Source: Rhizodiscina lignyota (lineage: Eukaryota). Taken from it: a stretch of DNA of 64,000 nucleotides. Location of the stretch: assembly GCA_010015805.1 (NCBI GenBank), contig ML978131.1, positions 186,001 through 250,000 of the forward strand, given 5' to 3'. The position numbers were made by a program, and so were the translations under genes. The first letter of the stretch is position 1. Every line of letters starts with the position of its first letter. Positions 23,877-37,562 of this stretch are shown here, in pieces. The notes beneath the pieces were generated by a model. The model saw only the letters and a list, made by a program, of their open reading frames with translations, was not told the DNA's origin and did not search any database.

Positions 23877-26725
23877 TTACATCTCCAAAGGACAAGCCAT
23901 ATCGGCCGTCAACTCGCCGCTCTCGATGCGATCGACTCGGAGTACGAGTTCCTGCAACGTCGTTAGTATAACTCGCGTACTCTGACATCAAATAACGGGG
24001 ACGATCATCGTCGTAAGGATAATCATACCTTCGTCGCTCTTGCAATCCTAAACGCAATCGGAGGCATTCCTTGCCTATCCCCTTTCTCCTGCCTCGTCAC
24101 CAAACCGCGTCTGCACTCCTCGAGCACCTCTACAACCGGAGGTCCATGCCGCTCTAGACTATCATTTCCACTGGCACTGATCGTTTCTCTGGTCTTCTCG
24201 CCAACGTCCATGATAGCCTTGCTGATCTCATTCACATATTGGTCGATAGCGGCGTCATTCTTCGAACCTGAGCGAATCGTGTTGACGAGTGGCTGGATAT
24301 TCTGCACTAGCAGTGCGGTCTGGTCTTCAAGATAAGTTTTGTACTCGTCAAGTCCTGCGCTGCCCTCGGCCTCTGGGATGCCACCGACACCAAGACCAAC
24401 GGTGGGAGATCTATTGGCTCCGTTAATGAAACCAGGGAAATCCTCACTCGTCCTTGAGCTCAGTATCTCGCGGCGTGGAGAAGACGCCGCGCTGTATCCC
24501 AGAGAGTTGATGCTGCTTCTGCTCAGCTGACTTGAATGCGTACGGCGTGCCATTCCGTTCGCGAGGCCGCTATATGTCTTTCGCAACGTGCCTCCGAGCG
24601 GTGCGGGCTCCTCCTCGTCCAGCTCATCCTCCGGCGTTGGCCGGATCTTAACAAGTTTGACGAGCTCGATGATTGAGGTAGTCAGGTGTGATGCCGCCGC
24701 ATCAATCAAGGACACTGGGCTCAGGCCATTTGCAGCAGCGTGATTCTTGGATGCTGTGATGAGATTGTTCGCGGTGGCGGAGACGCGGGACTTCGCCCGT
24801 GCGTGTTCCTTAGCCGGATTCGCGCTTCCACCATCATCGCTACTCTCCAGTGGACTGTCGCGCGGTAGATCCTCGATACTGGAAGTGATGTTGCGGACGT
24901 TCATAACGACTTGTTTCATGGGCTCGAGAACAGCAGAAGCAGCCGGCAGACGGGCAGACTGCAGCAGCTCATCGATACTGATCTGGAACTTGGTGAGATG
25001 CACATCCTTAACGAGCCCGTTCGGATCTGTGAGCCCATCATCACGGGCGATTCCTGTGGCGTCTGGTGGAGAAGTCGCAAGCCCAACGGAGGAGGCACGC
25101 AATGAACGGAGCTGCGTCTTCGACCGCGCGTATCGTGACTTCCAGTCTTTGAGTTCGCGTTCTAACTGCGCGATTTGTTCGACGAGCTGCTCTTCTCTCT
25201 CGAATGATTGTGACGAATTGGCAGACATGCTGCGCATTTCAGTTAGATATTGGAGGGCTTCGCGGCGGACTTCATCTGTAAGGCGTTGTTGGTCGGCTAG
25301 CTCATTTTGCAACGCTTCGTATTGACGGGCCATGTCTGGGTTAGGTGCCGTACTGCTTGCCGCTTCTCTAGCCTCTTCCCTAGCCTCTTCCACCTGTGTG
25401 CGCAAATCGATCTCCATGTCCGTTTTTTCCCTTTGTATCCTGTTCAACTCGTCCTGCAAATTCTGGTTCAAGCTCTGCGCTTCTGACAATTTCCCCTCAA
25501 GATCAAATTGTATCCGCGACCATTCTTCCTTGTCTGAACCAGCTGAAGCCTCCTTCTCTTTGCTTGCCTGCCGGATGTTGTCTAACTCTTGATCCTTGTC
25601 GCGAAGCTGGGTATTCAGACCCGCTATTGTAGTTTCCAGCGCTGCAATCTGCGTCTGATGTACTGCGCTCATCTTCTCCGAAACGCCGCCATTTGTCGTC
25701 GCTTTGCTTATGCGACTTCCAGCATCCATAATCGCATCCATTTCATCATCATCGCCATCGTCGTCTTCAACCATGATGTCCTTGTTTGGAACGATAGTAT
25801 TGCTCTGGAACGACTTTGGTACAAGCTTGCCATTCGTATCAATTGGAGCAGGGCCGTTTGAAGACATGGACGATCCTCGTGGAGGTGCCCGAAACTGCGG
25901 AGGCGGAGGTCCACGATAGCCGTTTGGCGGCCCTGGCGGCCCTGATCTGTATGGAGGCGGAGGCCCGCCTCCTCTGCTACTCATACTCATCATGCTACCC
26001 GCCGGGCTGGCCGGTCTTACGTCGCCAAATCTTGGAAACCTTCGCTGCAACTCGTAAAAGACATCGGTAGCTAATTGGCGGAAACGGTCTGGAGGGAGGG
26101 TTGAGAGCTTCTGGCGCGCCTGATTTCGTTTGTAGTGGAAATTACTCTTCGGGAGCAAGTATGGTGGGATGTCGCCGCCCGGACCGCGCTTTTCGGGGTC
26201 CCCGCTGCGCTTCTCGTCCTCTCTGCGCAGCAGTTCATCATATACGTCGGTACTCAGTTCCTGGAATTGCACGACTGAGAGCCTGAGCAGCTTGTCCCTT
26301 GCCTTGTTCTGCGGCGGCCCGCGCTCCTCGCGAATGTACGGCGCAAGGTAACGCTTCACCGTCTGATAGTGCTCTGCCAGCGCCTCTTCCATCATAAATT
26401 GTTTGCGACCGTCCATGCTGCCTGCCATGCTCGGGGCATACAGCCCCGTCCCATCGCTTGATCGTGCTATCGAACTGGGCGGTGAGGGATTCCCGTTGCT
26501 GGGTCGTCTGGAGGCCGACTTGGACATGCCGCCATCTGTATGCGTTGTATCTGCGCTGGTGTGTCCCGAGGCCGGTGGTGTGATCAGATTGCCCTTCCCT
26601 TGGTTCGGAGCGGGATATGGTCCAGAATCGCTGCCGCCTGGAAAGGCTTGGTATTTCGAGAGCGGCGACCAGTCGCCGTTGCTGTCGAGAGAAACAGGAG
26701 AGAGCGGCCCATTCCGCCCATTCAT
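23877..26725 (-). CDS. SPA2: Polarisome scaffold Spa2; short terminal exon after an intron at ~23952-24028
   Basis: Two SHD repeats (KARDKLLRLS..QFQELSTDVYDELLRR; RNQARQKLSTLP..RFRQLATDVFYEL), coiled coil, GLSPVSLIDAAASHL; final exon ELVLRVDRIE...PLEM*. Confidence 0.92.
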
Positions 26726-28417
26726 GACGGTGAAGGTTTCGTGGCAGGCGCCTTTCGGGCCGGATTGGGTACGTCAACTGCCAGTCGGGCTGTCGCGTCT
26801 GGGCCAATGCTCAAAGGAGTGAGACTTTCTTTGTTTGAGGTCGTGTGTGTGGGCCGAAGTCGACGCGGCCGTCACTGCCCTGTCCCTTGTTGCTAGGCTG
26901 GACAATGGGCGTGGAAAAGAACGACGGTTGCTTGTAGACGCCCTCTTGCTCAGCGAAGAGAAGAGAAAAGCGAAAAGGAGTGTATGCGACTTCGCGGCGC
27001 GGAGTTTGCGGTGCAAAGGAGAGGTTCACGGTGCTCCTTGTGCCTGGGGGAGGCTGTGGTTGGTCCGCGCCTCCCCTGCTAGGGCGGCTAACGGGAAGTG
27101 GTCTAACGGCCAGAAGCGCCAATTACAAGGCACAGCGCCTAATCAAACTGGCCTGTCAACCCAAGCATTCCACCGCTCCTGGGAGCGCTGCTTGCTTCTC
27201 GATTCTTTCGATGCATACCAGCGCGTGGCATTGGAAAGATACTGAATGACCTTGTGCTGACTCGCCTGAACGCCATTGGTCCAGCTTCTCGAGCCATTCT
27301 AGGGGCGTGTGGATGACATAACTGCCGAATAAGCACCTCCACAACCCCTTCACAGTGCAATCGGGTCCGACCCGATACTGCTCTTATGCCGTCGGTTACG
27401 GTGATTTTTTAAGCATCAATTTGGATGCATGGACGTCTTGCCAACAGCTTGGTCGTTAGTGTCAATCCGGCAAATCAGCCGAGTCAACGCACAGCCCAGC
27501 AAGCGCCTGTCCGGTTCTAGTTCTTCGTCTCAAATCTCGACCAGGGATCTGTAGCCAACGTGAATATAAGCGTAAGAAGCTTGAATCATGTAAGGGTTTC
27601 CAAATCACTTCCTTCTTCGGGACGGTCCGTATATTGGTGAGGACTGAGTTCCATGCTACGGCCGTGGAGTTGTGTCTGTCCAGCTCCGGCGAATGCTCAC
27701 TTGATGCAAACATATTTACTGCAACAATTTCTACCTTTCCATCTAGAACTTGAAACTTTCTGATAGACTATCGAATCAAAACATCTTGGCAACTCATACT
27801 TAGCCTTTTCTTCAAACAACCAAGCCTCTCTGACCATTCTCCAGATCCTGAATGGTAACAGTACACACTGCATACACGGGATCAAAAGAGGTGAAAGTTT
27901 CCAATGCATCCATGAAGATTTCAGTTATCCTATTCTTCTTTCTTCTGGTTTAATAATCACGGAAGCATTCCATTCACCCATTGACCATAACACGTGATCC
28001 CCTCCACTGCATCCCTGCCGCTTTTACCTCCCTTTCTGGCGCCAAGAGCGCCTTACAGCTCGCTCTGCAGATCGGCTTGCTCATTCCTTACTCATCCACG
28101 TCCTCGAAACCTCACCATCCGTATTATCAAACCCCCCAAAGAGATTCCTTCGAGGTAATTACGGCCGCTTGGAAGACTAAACGGCAATGAATACCGCGGC
28201 CGATGGACAACGAGTTCAAAAGTTCACCGTCTTAGCTTATTCAGCGCCGAGACGGATGTCTGCCTCCAAATATCCGCTCTTTCCTGTCCGGGACGCAATT
28301 CCCAGGACCAGAGTCTCATAAAACAATAAAACCCGATTCTCCGGTGCTCATTGACAGCTGCCGTTACTACTCAAGTCTCTGAGATCAAAGATAACTGCTG
28401 TACTGTGGCTAGATATC

Positions 28418-30230
28418 ATGGTTTACACAGGACAACCAAGTAAAGCGTGTGGTCTTTGCAGATTTCGAAAAATCAAGGTCGGTTGATATATCGAGTGTCG
28501 GCTGACGTACAAATGCTAACCAATCATCCAGTGCGACGAGAAGCGCCCAGAATGTACACAATGCATAAGGCTGAAGGCGAAGTGCCCTGGGTATCGTGAT
28601 CCACTAGATCTCAAGTTTAAAGATCAGGGGAAAGTGATTGAGCAGAGAATGAACCGCAGGCAGCAGCTCGAGGCCAGTTCTTCAGCGTCTATTAGCTTTG
28701 CTGCACCCGAAGCCTCTTCAACGGTTCTCAGCAATTCCTCGCGTAGAGTTGATCGGCAGGCACCATCTCTTACGGTACAGCGCGTCTCCCCTTCCATCGA
28801 GGCGCTCGTCACGCCATTCTTCTTCAGTTACTTCTTTGCCGACGATGCTGTGAACGGCCGACTACTCATCCCATGCCTACCGAGGACAATGCGAGAGGCT
28901 GAGAAGGACGATGCACTCTCTTTGGCAATATCTTGTGTCGGGCACGCAGTGTTGTCCAATGTGCGCTCGTCTCCACAGGAAATAATGGCTTCTCGTCAGA
29001 CATACGCAAATGCAGTGCGCTTAACGAGCGCTGCGCTGCAGGAGCCAGCATCTTGCAATGCATACAATATGATCATGACAATAATTTTATTAGCCATGTT
29101 CGAAGTAAGTCCTTGAACAACCTAGAAACTTCGCTGATGAAACGCATCTATCTCGTGGAAGACTTACTATCTGCGACAGGTAATTACGTGCCAAGATCCT
29201 CAATCTATGCAGGCTTGGCACAGTCATCTGGAGGGAGCTGTTGCACTTCTGAATCTTCAAGGTTCGTCATTGGTAAAAGATCGATCCGGAGTCAATCTCT
29301 TCATGCAGTTGCGGAGCCAAATCGTAAGGATAATGTATCCTTCCACATGCCGTTCGTTCTGACAATACACAGCTCGTCCGATGTGCACAAGGAAGCACGC
29401 CTATTCCAACACCGATCGCGAAGTGGGCGAGACGCTTGAAGAAGCTCATGGGTCCCGATGAGCTCATTTATACACAGCTTTCCGACCACATGGATCGATT
29501 CGTCAATGTTCGGGCCTCACTCTTGAACTTGGACTACCTCAACTCTCCTTCGACCGTGTCTGCACTGCTTTCGATTGATCAGGATTTGGATCGTTGGGCG
29601 GCGTCTCTTCCGGGCTCATGGCAATATGAAACCCACACAACTGCGCCGAACGAGGACTTCTTCGACGCGACCTATCACAAGTACCCAAGCTACTCGATCG
29701 CCCTGGCATGGAATGATTATCGTGCCATCCGACTTGTACTGTGTGACACCCTCTTCCTCCATTTCAACTCTCGAATTGCCATGGGCAAACACATCGGCTT
29801 TCCAGAGCTTCTAGCCCAGCGCGATAGGGTTATCGAAACAACGCGCCGCATAAGCAGAGACATCTGCTACAGCGTACCTTACTTTCTAGGTCGCACCAGC
29901 CATCCTTATACGGCTAAGCCAACGGTCGGCGGTGTCCAGATCATGTGGGGTTTGTTCGTCACTGCTTGCCAGCTTTGCAACCCGGATCATCAGCGGATGT
30001 GGGCTCTAAAGAAGTTGGAATCCATCGGTTATCTCATGGGGGTCGCGCAGGCCGTGCAGCTGCACTGTACGATGCAGAAGAAAGTACTCCTGACGCCCGG
30101 GGAGAAGACGACATGGGACAGGACGATCATGTCAAAGCATTGGTACGAGGACTGCAGGGTCCCAATGCTCATGAAGGCAGAAGAAGTTCTTGCAGCGACG
30201 AGCTTTAGTCTCCCTGTTTTGCACACCTGA
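28418..30230 (+). CDS. Zn(II)2Cys6 transcription factor, 4 exons
   Basis: MVYTGQPSKACGLCRFRKIK|CDEKRPECTQCIRLKAKCPGY with the usual intron inside the cluster; fungal TF middle region (AWHSHLEGAVALL, DICYSVPYFLG). Confidence 0.92.
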
Positions 30231-30373
30231 AAACGCAGCTGAAAACACTCAGATACGAATGCCGTGCCAACACGCCATAGAGTGCTTGAGCAGAGCAGAT
30301 GCTTCGAAGATGCTCTTCAAAACGGAATTGAATCGATAAAAGGTTCAAATTGACATCACCGATTATACATACA

Positions 30374-31703
30374 TCATTTCTGAGGCAGCATCTTTGTTGC
30401 CTTCATCAAGTCGAAAACTTCCAGATACATCTGCACAATATCCTCCTTCTCTTTGAAGCCTGCGCTGTTGGCCTTGCTGAGATCGTACACTCGGTCAAAA
30501 ACCACCAGCTCAAGGATAATCTGCATGAACTCCCAGCCACTCCCACCGATGAGTCCCGGCTTCAGCCCGTTTTCTCTCTCGAAGTCTGCCCATTGTGCCT
30601 GATGAGCTTGCATGAACTCGACAGCCCGCAAATGTTCTGCTCCTTCGTCCGGGGCAAGGCCAACGAGCCCGAAATACGCACAAAGCGCGGTCCATTTCTG
30701 CGCCCAGCTCGTCGACGCGGTATCCGCTACGTTTATGATATCGCCATTCGCAGCGTCGTGACTGGAGGCAAAGAGATGGCCGCGAGCCAATGTCTTCTGG
30801 CTGGTTTCGGTGTTCAGGGCCTTGAACGACGCCACTGGGCCCGGGAACTGTACTGTGATCGGTTCACTTGCAGATTTGGCCGCCTTTCTCTTCTGCCATG
30901 CGTAAAAGGCGAGGAAGATCCCGAGCGATTGGGCAATATTCATCGCGTTGCTGCCCGTAGGCACGAACCCAACAACATCATTCGGCCGTATTTCCGCGAA
31001 CCTCCACTTCTTCCCCGAGGACAGGCGCACTAGAGCGTCGTGTTGTGCGTAGTAGAACATCATGTCCGCATAAGGCTGCGGAATGCGAGCGTCGGATTCG
31101 TGGCAGGGACCTGCTGGTGGGCCAATTTCGCGTGCATGGGCGAAGCCATAAGCCTTGCGATGTGTCAGCTCTGACCGATACTGAGAATGGGGGAGTCTCG
31201 ACCGACCTTTCCGCCAGTCTGCAGGGACCAGTAGCGCATGTTCGGGGATACGGACTCGACGGCAGCTACGGCCGTCTCAAGGATGTCGACGTTGGCGAGC
31301 TTGAGTTGCTCCCAGCCTTCGACGTCAGACGTCCCAGGCGGCTGGACGTATGCTATGCCTCATGTTAATTCCCTTTTTCCTAAAGTGTCTTTACCCACAG
31401 TTAAGACGTACCAGCAAAGAATACATCAGTGACTTCCTCGATACCCGGCACTTCGCGAAGCTTCGCTGTCACTGCCTCCGGTCCAGCGCTGAGATCGAGT
31501 CCAGCTACAAGTTCTATCCTATTGTCATCAGGCAGTAAGGATGTGTTCCGGTCGAAAGGTCGATTGGTGAGCCCAATGATGCGTCTGAAGGTCTCTGGCG
31601 TTGGGTACTGGACTGCCTCCCGTACGATGGCCCAGCCGGTTATACCAGAAGCGCCAAAGATAAGAGCTGTTCTATCAAGGCGAGACGCCTCGTTAGTAGA
31701 CAT
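30374..31703 (-). CDS. Atypical SDR, PRISE/SirQ-like (progesterone 5-beta-reductase-like), 3 exons
   Basis: ALIFGASGITGWAI, GLTNRP, LQTGGK|AYG, FYYAQHD, EIRPNDVVGFVP; spliced frame is open. Confidence 0.88.
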
Positions 31704-32824
31704 GTGGAATGAATCTCGTGGTGTTCTTTGTATGATGGACGTTTGTGAAGGATATGATCTGGAGAGGTCGACTGTATCATCTGAAGAGAAAGACAGTCCT
31801 TACGGTTTTATGCAAAGAACTTAGAACACATTAAGGGCAATCGTTCCGTTAACGTATCTTGGTTACAGCCTCTTCAAAATGCGTCGTCCGTCAATTCAAC
31901 TTAGGTAGACTGTTCCGCCTAATCCACGGACAGCTCGACGTACCAAAAGAGGAGGAGTTGAAGGAGGTTACGCAGGCTCAGGCTGCTTGAAGAGCGATTA
32001 TTGATTACTCCGTGGTATGATATGAATGGAATATAATAAGTCACCGAAACAAAATGTGATTAAGCGGTTCAATTACCGAAGTCATGGATCCAGTGCTTTC
32101 ATTTTTGGAAAGCAGTTCGGCGTAGCCCTGTCACGTCGTATCCTGTGGATCCTTCATGCGAGACGGCCGCAATGACATAGAACAGCAAGACTGACTAACT
32201 CCAAGATACTCAGTTAAGACGCCACTCCTTTGAAAACAAAGGGAGACGTTCACAATGTCATGATGCAGTGCAGAAATGCTGCGAGCTTGCGAGCAGAAAG
32301 GATATGTATTGCCGAACGCGGTTAGAGTTACGTTAGCGTGACAGCATGTTGACCTGATTGGCCAATGCGAATTGTGCACCCTTTTTCGTCCGCTAGCACC
32401 ACGCATCCACCGACATCATCCACCGACATCGATACTCTTCCCGACCCCGTTATAGATGCGGTTTTACTCCTTTGGACTACAGTGGCTGCAGTGGCTGCAG
32501 TGTGTAATCACTGAGCGGTTCATCCATCATTCCGGCGGTTCATGCAGTTGCGCGTCTGCCGCGAAAGTTGTTCCCGACCATCAGGGTTTCTTCGTGAGTG
32601 TTGAAGTAGATATGGTTCAGCTCTTCCTTCATTTGCTACTTTTGTGAAGCAAAACTCCACTTGGTTCGATGCTCATCAAACAAGACTTGCTCTCTGCTGA
32701 TATCATTAAAGATTTACGCTGAGCTCGCCCTTCTCTATTGTCATTCAGCAATTGCAATACTTTCTTGATCACTCATCATACTTGCTCCTATCTCGTACTT
32801 CAACCGACCCCCCCAAACAACAGA

Positions 32825-33728
32825 ATGGCACCTACAGTCCTCATCACAGGCTGCACGAAAGGTTCAATGGGCTATTCCCTTGCAAAAGAATTTGCACGCC
32901 GCGGTTGGCACGTCTACGCGACAGCCCGCAAAGTGGAATCCATGGAAGGTCTTGATGCAGCCGGGAAAGTTACGCTGTTGAGCCTCGATGTTACGAACCA
33001 CGAATCTCTTGTAGCCGCTCGCGATCGCGTCAGCAGCGAGAACGGTGGCAAGCTCGATGTTCTGTACCATAACGCTGGCCGGCGCTCCCTCGTTATGGCG
33101 ATAGACTCGGACCCAAAATCGGATTTCGATGACGACGTAGCTCTATTCAAAACGAATTTGTTCGGCATCATGGACGCGAACAGGCTGTTTGCGCCGCTGT
33201 TGATCTCTGCCATGGGAACAGTCGTACTCACCGGCAGCGTGTCCGGACGCATTCCTCAGCCAAGCCAGGCGGCATATAATGCAAGCAAAGCCGCGTTAGA
33301 GATGTACTCCAAAATCCTACGATTGGAACTCGCGCCGTTGAGTGTGAAGGTGGTCTATACTCTCACCGGTGGTGTACAGACACACCAGTCTGCTCAGAGA
33401 GTCAAGTTTCCTCCAGGTATGTTTGGATTCCATCGCGTTATATCGAGCTTGAAGAAACGAGGTTCTGAAATTGGATCAAACAGAATCGCTGTATCGCCCA
33501 ATCGAGAAGAAGATGAACGATGCCTGGGAGAAATATGAGCGCATCGGTATGGATCCGGACAGCTATGCAAAATATGTTGTCGGCAAAGTTGTTCAAAAAC
33601 ATCCGCCGGAGAATATCTGGGCCGGATATGGCTCCAGGATTACATGGTTTATTGAGACAACCGGCATGCAATGGATATATGATCGTATGATGAAGTCCGA
33701 TTACGGACTCGACCGTCCGTTGCGGTAG
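32825..33728 (+). CDS. Classical SDR, Ayr1/1-acyl-DHAP reductase-like, 2 exons
   Basis: VLITGCTKGSMG, HNAG, catalytic YNASKAA, LRLELAPLSVKV. Confidence 0.88.
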
Positions 33729-34462
33729 GTGCTTCTGTTTCTCTAGTGGCTATTTCAATGCTGCAAACGGAAGCTGTTGTCTTCTGAATTGGATATGGAT
33801 AGCCCGTCACTTGTTCAGCTTTCCGCGCCAAGATCAATTTGTTTTCTTTTTCTCATGCAGGACGGATCTGCGCACCGCATTCTGTTTGGGCGAGAAGGAG
33901 GCCGATTACCTCACAAGTTAGTCATCTTTTTTGTCAGATTCTTTCAATCTGCGTGGGCAATGGATCTAGATTTCACGATACTTTATGATATTCGATTTCC
34001 ACGGAATCAGCTGGCTTTGGAAGAGGTTTTCTGGCGCTATTTGGAATTATGCAACGTTCCGGCTCACCGAGTGTACTCCGGTACCCCGCTTACGTCAACA
34101 TGGCTCCACAACATGCAGGCACCCGATCACCGCTCAAGGGGCTTGAGTGGCTTCTTGACATTATTTGGAATGATGGCCAGCCTCAGTTATCGCAAATTCA
34201 CAGCGCAACTTTCCGTTGCAGACACGCCAGCATCTCCGATGATCCTATGAGAGCGGCTCGCGCAGAGCATTTGGAAAGCCTAACGGCTATCATATTCGCG
34301 CGAGAAGTATGCCAATCCCGGCGGAGCTAAGATGCAGCTTCCAAGTGATATAAAGGACGACGGTTTTCCCTCAAACACTTTGAAGCTCCAATCCACCAGC
34401 TCTTCTCAGTTCACAGGATCAAGCCTTACCTCAGACACTTCCAATTAGCCTTAAAATTCACC

Positions 34463-34956
34463 ATGGCGACGACGACGTACAAAGGGCACTGCGATTGCGG
34501 TCAAACTGAGTGGGAAGTTAAACTCACCGCCGACCAGGCCAGCCACGTCCTCTGTCATTGCGATGACTGCAAGCGTGTCAGCACCGGAGCATACACACTC
34601 AACCAAATCATCCCAAAGTCTGCTCTTACCTTCACCAAGGGTGGTGATGCACTGAAAGTATATACATACAAGGCGCTGTCTGGCAACCCGACTCACTGTT
34701 ATTATTGCCCAAATTGTACGTCGCAGTGTTGGAATTCCAGAAGACTAGTTAGTGCTCACTACTGATTTTAGGTACCACGCATCCTTATCACCATCAAACG
34801 GTGCTAGGCCCAGACACTATTGTGCTCCGCACAGGGCTTCTTGATGGAGCCAAGGACTTCCCGGTCGCGGCTGAGATCTTCTGCAAGGACATGTACAAGT
34901 GGGAGAGCAAGGTCGCACCAGCCGGTGCCTCATTTGATATAACGCCGCCGTCTTAA
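34463..34956 (+). CDS. GFA/CENP-V (Mss4-like) zinc-binding protein, 2 exons
   Basis: GHCDCG, CHCDDCKR, YYCPNC|TTHPYHHQ; second exon ends ...ITPPS*; TATAAA at ~34349. Confidence 0.88.
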
Positions 34957-35177
34957 TTCTGGAGACAGAGCTACAGCTCCGGCTGTATCAGATGGCGATA
35001 GGTGGCTTTGGTTAGGATATGGAGAACTCGTGGGTCATAGGTTGGGCGTGGGTAGAATCTTGATACCGTCGATGAAGATGTATTTGAGTTTCAAAATACA
35101 CAAAATCTCTATCCCATGCATACATGATACATCAAAATTCTCTACTTTCGATATCATTGCATATCTCGGATCCAACA

Positions 35178-36809
35178 CTAAATAATGATGGGGTTATTGA
35201 AATTGAATACGCCTTTCGGGTCCCAGTTCCTCTTCAGCCCCCTCAGCCTGTCCAATTTGCTCTTTCCATACAGCGTTTCTTGGTCTTCGTCTCCGGAAGC
35301 ATAGCTGATGTACACTTGGAGTGGATTAGAACCGCTTGTTGCTTGGTATCGTGCGCGCACGTTCTTCAACCATTCCTCGAGCATTGGCTCCAGCGCCGGG
35401 TCAGTACTTTGTCCTATGAGAAGCCTATGTTGTGTCAATATTTACTCAACCCCTTCGTATATTACAACAGAGACCCGCGAAAATACTCACATGTGGCAGA
35501 TGATATCTCTGTGGGGATACGCTGTCTCATCATCCGGAACCTCCGCCGCGGCTTTGGTTGCCCAGTCCTCTATGACAAGCAGAGTATGTCGAGCGGCAGG
35601 ATATTTCTCCCACAGCTTGACTAGTTCCGCAAAATGCCATTCAAAAGTTGGATTGTCAAATCGTCTAATGTGGCCGGAATAAAAGATTCGACGTTTTCCG
35701 TACGCACCGAGCATCGCATCGATACCGAAAAGCCACTTCTTGTTGACTTCGTTCCATGGGATAGGGCGGATATCTTGGACCATGGGTTGCAAATCCAGGA
35801 AAGGTTGGAGGTGCTTTTTGCCTTCCTCAATACCATCCACGTAAAGCGCGCCAACCCGGAAACAGGGCTGTATAACATCAGCATACCATTTCCGAGTGAT
35901 GCGAATTTGACCTTACTCCGCCAGCCTCATCATTCCAAGTGGCTACAACTGCAACCGAGAGCGCTGGAGGCTGGTTTTCCTCCCACCCTTTCAAAATGCG
36001 CATGATTTCGCTGCCCACAGTGTACGGGAGAATCATATCCGCGATCAGAACATCTCCACCACTGCGAGCGTCGTAGATTTTGTACGTGGCCGACACGACA
36101 GTTCCAAAGTTGAATCCCGCACCTCGCAAACCCCAGAAGAGTTCCTGGTTCTCTTTCGCTGAAGCTTTGACAAGTTCTCCGGTGGCGGTGATCATCTCAA
36201 CAGAAAGGAGATTATCGATCATTAGCCCGTACAGCCCTTGCCACCGATTGAGACCACCGCCGAGGGTGACCCCGACGATACCAGTGGTAGAACATCCGCC
36301 AATGGCTAAATGCAAAGTCAGTGCCTGCTCGAGTTCATGAAAGGGAGGAGAGACTTGCGGAATTCCTTTCCGGCTTCGTACAGTGGATCCATTATTTCAC
36401 AAGTCCTAACAGCGCCTCCGATAGTCATCGTGTTCGCAGCTTTGTCTATTTTGATGTCTTTCAAGGAGCTGATGTCGATCTCCAGGACGTTCTTCATCTT
36501 TTCGAACATTCCGGTGAAGTGATGTCCGGTCGCCGTTACGTGGAACGGAATCCCATTTTCGGTTGCATATTTGATCTATGTTATAAATGAGTTAGGCGTC
36601 CAAGTGCGTCAGGCCCATGTTAGACTCACAGCACTCTGAATGTCGGCAACATTTGCAGGCTTGACTGTAGCGGAGAAAGATGGAGCTTTGTAAGTAGTCC
36701 ATCGAGCGTTTCCAATGCTATTCTGCGGATCAGGAGGGACTGCAAATTGCGACTGTGCTGAGAGATTTTTCTTGAGCAATTCAATCACGCTGGCTCCGTC
36801 TAGTGCCAT
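35178..36809 (-). CDS. FAD-linked oxidoreductase (berberine-bridge/VAO superfamily), 5 exons
   Basis: ATG 36809; ATGHH FAD-His motif, GVTLGGG, LFWGLRGAGFNFGTV, YISYASGDE, LKRNWDPKGVF. Confidence 0.9.
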
Positions 36810-36830
36810 GCTGTATAGTCTAACAGGATA

Positions 36831-37562
36831 CCGGCGATGAAGAGTGACGAGCAACAACTGAGACACGCAAAATGGAAGTAAACAACTAATAAAGCAGAAT
36901 CGGAACGAGGTAACGAGACTTATTTAGCTTTTTCTGATCAGATCAAGCCTAAGAACTTACGTAGGATGACATTTTATTCATCTAAAGCCATACGGAGTAT
37001 GAAGTGGCTATTCTACTATCATCTGCTGCTGACGAGCTTATTCCGATAGTAATATACTAAGTATCTTACTATAAAGGATACGGCAGGTCTAATCCGAAGT
37101 GACTTGAAGCTAAAGTTGCACCGGTGCTTACGCCTGTCCTAGGCGTCGTGGCTTAGGCTTTATTCTCATTCGAGATTGCTTTCCTTTGAGATCCGGCGAT
37201 AAAGAGTGACGAGCAATAACTAAGACACGCAAAATGGAAGTAAACAACCAATAAAGCAGAATCGGAACGAGGTAACGAGACTTATTTAGCTTTTTCTAAT
37301 CAGATCAAGCCTAAGAACTTACGTAGGATAACATTTTGTTCATCTGAAGCCATACGGAGTATAAAGTGGCCATTCCACTATCATCCGCTACTGACGAGCT
37401 TATTCCGACAGTAACATACTAAGTGTCTTACTGTAAAGGATACGGCAGGTCTAATCCGAAGTGACTTAAAGCTAAAGTTGCACCGGTGCTTACGCCTGTC
37501 CTGGGCGTCGTGGCTTGGGCTTCATTCTCATTCGAGATTGCTTTCCTTTGAGATCCGGCGAT
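36831..37562. repeat. Tandem direct duplication, 2 x 362 bp, RIP-mutated
   Basis: Units start at 36831 and 37193; CCGGCGAT at 36831, 37193 and 37555; 21 mismatches counted by eye, all transitions, no indels. Confidence 0.97.

Noticed and set aside
32405..32502. Short direct repeats (CATCCACCGACAT x2; CAGTGGCTG x2.5)
   Set aside because: Simple slippage duplications with no sign of function
36831..37562. Repeat as an LTR pair or CRISPR-like array
   Set aside because: Copies abut with no internal region, no TG...CA ends and no spacers; tandem duplication fits better
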